64,000 nucleotides of DNA from the human T2T-CHM13v2.0 reference genome, Homo sapiens. The position numbers were made by a program, and so were the translations under genes. The DNA is taken from assembly GCF_009914755.1 (NCBI RefSeq), contig NC_060926.1, one strand, 5' to 3'. Below, piece by piece: positions 54,105 through 64,000 of the stretch. Within the stretch, counting starts at the first letter, position 1. Each line of letters begins with the position of its first letter. The notes below the pieces were generated by a model. It searched no databases. It was not told the origin of the DNA and saw only the letters and a list, made by a program, of their open reading frames with translations.

Positions 54105-55200
54105 GTTAGATTACAAGCCAGGTTTCTGTCACAGAAGACTCCATGATAGGGTTGCTTAAACGACGTGGAAGTTCACTTTGTAGGAAGGAACAGTTGGGAC
54201 CGCTAATCCCGGTGACTGTGATGGATCAATAGTGCTGGATGGCAGGCCCCTTGCACCTGGATCTCTGCCATGACTGCACATGCACTCATTCCCAAAGCCC
54301 ATCACGGCTTAGTTCCTCATCCACATTGCAGCTAGAGGAGAGGGAAGGGGAGGAAGGAGGGGACTCTAATGCACACATTTTGGGCAGAGCTCTGTTACAT
54401 GGCCATGCCAGGCTGCAAGGGAGGATGAGGCATGCAGCTTTTAGCTGGGAAACCATGGACTCAGAGAAACCAAGGCTTCTGTTTTGTACATTGAGATTAG
54501 TAGATCTGTTCAACGCTCAAATATCCGTAAGTACCCTTGTTCCAGTCAGATACCATACTCATCCCCTCTCCAAAAGACATAACGTAAAGCCCTATTCAGC
54601 TATTGCAGGGATCACAGTTTGCAAAAATTACCCTCATTTGCCACCTCTGCAGTGGAGCGTGTCCCATGGACTGTCCATCTGGCCACTCCATGTTTTGCCT
54701 TCAGGTGAATTCTTGTGTTCATTGTCTTTCATGATTCCTGGCTTTGCCCTCAAGAAGCTGTTCTCTGTCTCTGGTTCTCCATGGCTTGGCATGCAATGGG
54801 CATCAGAAACAAGGCCCTTTTTTGAGGACTGCTTCCCTTTCCTTTCATAGCCAATTCCTAGAGGTGATTGTCAGAGGCTTGGAGACCCAAGACCAGACTT
54901 CATTAAACATTGCTTCCGTGTCCAGTCTGCTTGCATCTTCAGCCAAAGGGAGTTCCTCCAGGTAGACTTTTCACTCCTGAAACTTCTGGTCTTTGTTTGA
55001 TGGCCTCTGTGCTCTGCCCTCTCTCCCTCTCAGCTCATGGTGTCTGTCTTAAGGCCATCTGAAACACTAGGCATGGGTGGGAATTAGCTCTCCTTATCTG
55101 ATTGATGCCACCATGACAACCCCAATGTCCAATTGAAGGTTCTTAACTGGAATTGCTACATAATGGCTTGAAGCCACAATTCAACCACAGATAATGCTGT
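54105..55200 (-). mobile_element. MLT1J-like LTR followed by probable MaLR internal sequence
   Basis: GCTTAAACGACGTGGAAGTTCA...ACATGGCCATGCCAGGCTGCAAGGGAGG. The internal-sequence assignment is from recall only. Confidence 0.45.
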
Positions 55201-55460
55201 TCTTATGAGAGATTTCTTCCAAAGCCCACTTTTGTGTTCCCCGCAGGCTTTGCCGTGAGCTGCAGGAGCACCAAGCATGTGCTGGAGTTTTGAGTTCTCT
55301 CTGCAGGCCCCTGAGCACGCAGTCTCCCTTCCCAGCTTTGCCCAGACAGTTTTACCAGTGATTTCCTAGGACATAAGGAAGGCCACCAGATAAAGGACAT
55401 TATGTAGGGCTTGGAGTTAGATAGCCTGGGACTGAATCCTATCTCAGCTTCTTCCTTTCC

Positions 55461-55642
55461 TGTGCTTCTGTCACAAATTACCACAAACTTGGGGACTTAG
55501 GTACAACACACATTTATTATCTTAATGTCATGAAGGCCAGGAGCCCAGAATAAGTCTGGCAGGGTTAAGACCTGCTTTCTGGAGGCTCTAGAACAGAACC
55601 ACTTTCTTGTATTTTCCAGTTTCTAGAGGTTGCCTGCCTTCC
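55461..55642 (-). mobile_element. MLT1C/D-like LTR fragment
   Basis: CAAATTACCACAAACTTGG...TTTCTGGAGGCTCTAG...TTCCAGTTTCTAGAGG. Confidence 0.8.
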
Positions 55643-55711
55643 ACTAAGGGATTGCTACACGTATTTGGCTTTATTTTAGCAGCGTCCCACTCGTGGTAAT
55701 ATATTTTTACT

Positions 55712-56080
55712 TATCAGGGTACAGACAGCCTGGTAGAAGTCTCAAAAAGCAATGACTTAAACAAAATACAAATGCAACAGGCAGACCAGGTAGGTAAGGA
55801 CCAGTACGATGGGTTCACACCATCCATGACCTATTATTCTGCTTCCGTCTTGCAGTCTGTGTCTCTAGTGCATGGTCCTGTCCACATGGTAAGAGGGCTC
55901 AGCACCACATTCACACCCCAAAGAAAGGAAGGGAGAGCAAGACCATTCCCTTCAAAGACATAAACCAGAAGTCTCACTCATCCCTTCTGGGCATTTATAG
56001 TTTAAAAGGAACTGAGAACTGCATATTTTAACTGTCCATATAAAATTTGGAAGGCAATACTAAAGAAAGAAGAGAAGCAT
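55712..56080 (-). mobile_element. MLT1J-like LTR
   Basis: CAATGACTTAAACAA...CCAGAAGT...AAAGGAACTGAGAACTGCA. Confidence 0.5.
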
Positions 56081-56283
56081 TAGCCAACTATGGATGGCTG
56101 AGTGGAATAGCAGTGGGTTGCCGTTCAGGTGTGTCTTCCACATCCCTCCCTGTGCATGCTTACCTGGCAGTGTAGATAATAACCCTGGGGGAGTCACAGC
56201 AATGGTGGACTAAGATAGGAACCAGTCCTTTGACTAAGGACTATCATAAAAGCAAACAAAATAAAAGCTACTTAAAGGCATTA

Positions 56284-56638
<355 letters not shown>

Positions 56639-56949
56639 CTACCATCCAGTACTCTAGGAAAAGACAGAGGCCCAGAAAAGTAAGTACAGGATTTGGGGCT
56701 GTTTTTTCACTAAGGTTGTTTGTCGATTTCAAAATGCTTGGTCATAAACATTTTTTGTAGAGTCAGCCAACGTGTTCCATGATAATCCCCACTCAATTTG
56801 GGTTGAAACACCAAGAGAACGGTCCCTGGCAGTGAAGACAAACTAAAACTATGCTTGGAATGCAGCTTCCTTCAAAATAATCTCATACCCTGAAATTGGG
56901 TGGAAGTGACCCCATATTACCTGGAAAATGAAAGATGCAGATACCTTCA

Positions 56950-59600
<2,651 letters not shown>

Positions 59601-59602
59601 TG

Positions 59603-60996
<1,394 letters not shown>

Positions 60997-61791
60997 CCCC
61001 CACTCCAAGGAAAAGCTTTTAACACATCATGTTTATTGTCCAGCAATTCACCAAATGTATTGTGACGTATTATGATCTAGGGGTAAATGATTGGCATGTC
61101 GTGATGTAAGGGCAGTGGCAAACAAGGCTATCTGCTTTAGGTTGCACGTTCAGCACCTGCTAACAATTTATCAGCTCTCATATGTCAAGATATTCAATAA
61201 TAATTCCTTCTTTTGTTCTAAGCTTTTGAAATCAGCCTCTAACTTCTACAATCTTTTCACCCCCTTTAAGAAACTTTGAGCAAACACCAGTAAGGTCATG
61301 GAGCTCTCTTGTCTCTGAGATTTTCCAGTAGTTATAATGTAGGATAAGCAATCTGTCCCAATGTACATCTGTGCGAGGGTCTGCTTGGTCTTTTTCCTTG
61401 CATTTGATGACCAAGACTCACAAAAGATTGAGAGTCACTGAGTTCTTATGATCTAAATTGAGCCTCGTACTTCCCCAGGCTGTCCTAAGGGTGAAATAGC
61501 ATTTCAAAGGAAAAGGGAGGCTGAGATAACATGTAACACTGTCCCCAAACTATCTAATCCCACACATCTATATGGGAAATAGCAAACACTACACAAAACC
61601 AGACTACTCAAGAAGACTAGAATGGCTTTCCAAAGTCAGCAACAAATTAGAATTGCCTTCCTCCATCCATAGCTTCCTTCCCTAATACGAGAGGATTTAA
61701 ATCCAAAAGAGAAGAAGGGAAAAGTGTCACCAAAGAAGTGGCATTTATGAGCTAGAATGGGAAGAAACTTTAAAATCAAAATAGCATTGAG

Positions 61792-62410
61792 CTCTTTGCT
61801 GCATTTACTGTGAAAACAAAAATTATCTCAGGAACCATCCCAGAACATATCAGTGTCACTCTGAATGCACACACAATTGTCTTGAAGGGCCCAGAGGAAC
61901 CTGTGGCAAGACCTCAGTCTCATCATTGTAGAGCTCAGTCTTCTTGAAAAAGAAAAAAAGAAACTTTGGGACAACAAACACTGGGGCAATAGAAATGGAA
62001 CGGTTCTAGTTTGCACCCTTTGCAAGCATCACTGTGGGTAGCAGTGGGATTGTTCACTGCTGCATCTACATCTTTACTGCAACACAAGTCTCTTCTTGAA
62101 CTACAAAATTTCTTATGAGAAAAGAATATTCACATTATTTGAATGAGACCAGGTGTGCTAGGTTCAAGACCTCAAGCCCCAGAAAGATGAGTTAAATCTT
62201 GAAGGAAATGGCATTTCACATGTGTGAAATCCAGATGCTTTGATTTAGACAAGATATAAAAACAAAAAAGTTGATGGCATTTCTGCCCCTGAAAGATTTA
62301 GACTGATAGATGAGATTTGTCCAGCTTCAGAAACAAAAGATGATGAATAATACCTAAGACCTTGTATTTTAAAGTTTGATGTTTAAATTTTAAAAAGACA
62401 TCTCATTAAA
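61792..62410 (+). pseudogene. RPL9P: Processed pseudogene of 60S ribosomal protein L9 (RPL9/uL6)
   Basis: Translated pieces IPEHISVTLNAHTIVLKGP (from 61837), VELSLLEKEKKKLWDNKHWGNR, SLLELQNFL*EKNIHII*MRPGV and QKDELNLEGNGI align with RPL9 ([76 protein letters not shown]). Intronless, ATG changed to ACA (61816), with frameshifts, stops and an A-tail remnant. TSD 12/14 at 61778-61791 and 62411-62424. Pseudogene number unknown. Confidence 0.93.
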
Positions 62411-62899
62411 AAAAGAACATTGAGGTTTTAAATCAGATTTAAATGTTAATTTTAAGCAGTGAAATGGTGAAAAGTTTATAAGATAAAACAAATTCCAAAG
62501 AAATAGTATTTTTAAAAATTTATTTTTACCCACTAAACTGAGAGAACTCATTAACTATTGAAAAGATTTGTGTATTTTGTTCCTTTATCTAAAGTTGTAT
62601 TCTCCCAAATTACTGAGCATCTGTAGGAGAATCATATTTTCTGTTTCTGTGTCCCCTTGGCTGGTGAATCTCAATGCTGGGTTTCTAAAAGCTGCTAAAT
62701 AAAACCTTAGTAGAATCATAAACATCTGTGTCCTAGGAGATTGCTGCATCCCGGTCTCCCTCAGACCAAGTGCTCCCTCTTGGCTTCCTGGGAGTGGGAT
62801 TTTTCGTGCTGGGAGGGGTAGTCTTCTAGAATTTCTCATCCACTTCAACTCTCTGTTCTAAAAGCTCTATTCCAAGCAAGGCCTTCCAAGAGGGCTGCG

Positions 62900-64000
<1,101 letters not shown>

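Noticed and set aside
54239-54850. 203-aa plus-strand ORF
   Set aside because: No recognisable domain, and it overlaps probable MaLR LTR/internal sequence.

Overview
Primate (very probably human) nuclear DNA, densely filled with repeats and with no recognisable protein-coding exon, RNA gene or CRISPR array. Most of the window is decayed transposable elements: 14 Alu elements or fragments, many ancient L1M-class LINEs, one short L1PA8-like insert, L2 and MIR relics, and solo LTRs (MER52, MER31, MER77, MSTA/MSTB-D, MLT1, MLT2, LTR16-like). The only gene-derived sequence I can identify is an old, full-length processed pseudogene of ribosomal protein RPL9 (61792-62410) with target-site duplications (TSDs). 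I found no evidence for a new biological system. The observations worth a second look concern insertion mechanisms: a five-level nested TE stack, two 5'-inverted (twin-primed) L1s, an AluY/AluSp chimera, an internally collapsed Alu, two Alus truncated at the same 5' position, a permuted L1, and template-switch hairpins. Repeat subfamily names come from recalled consensus sequences, and boundaries of old elements are approximate. RepeatMasker/Dfam should confirm them.
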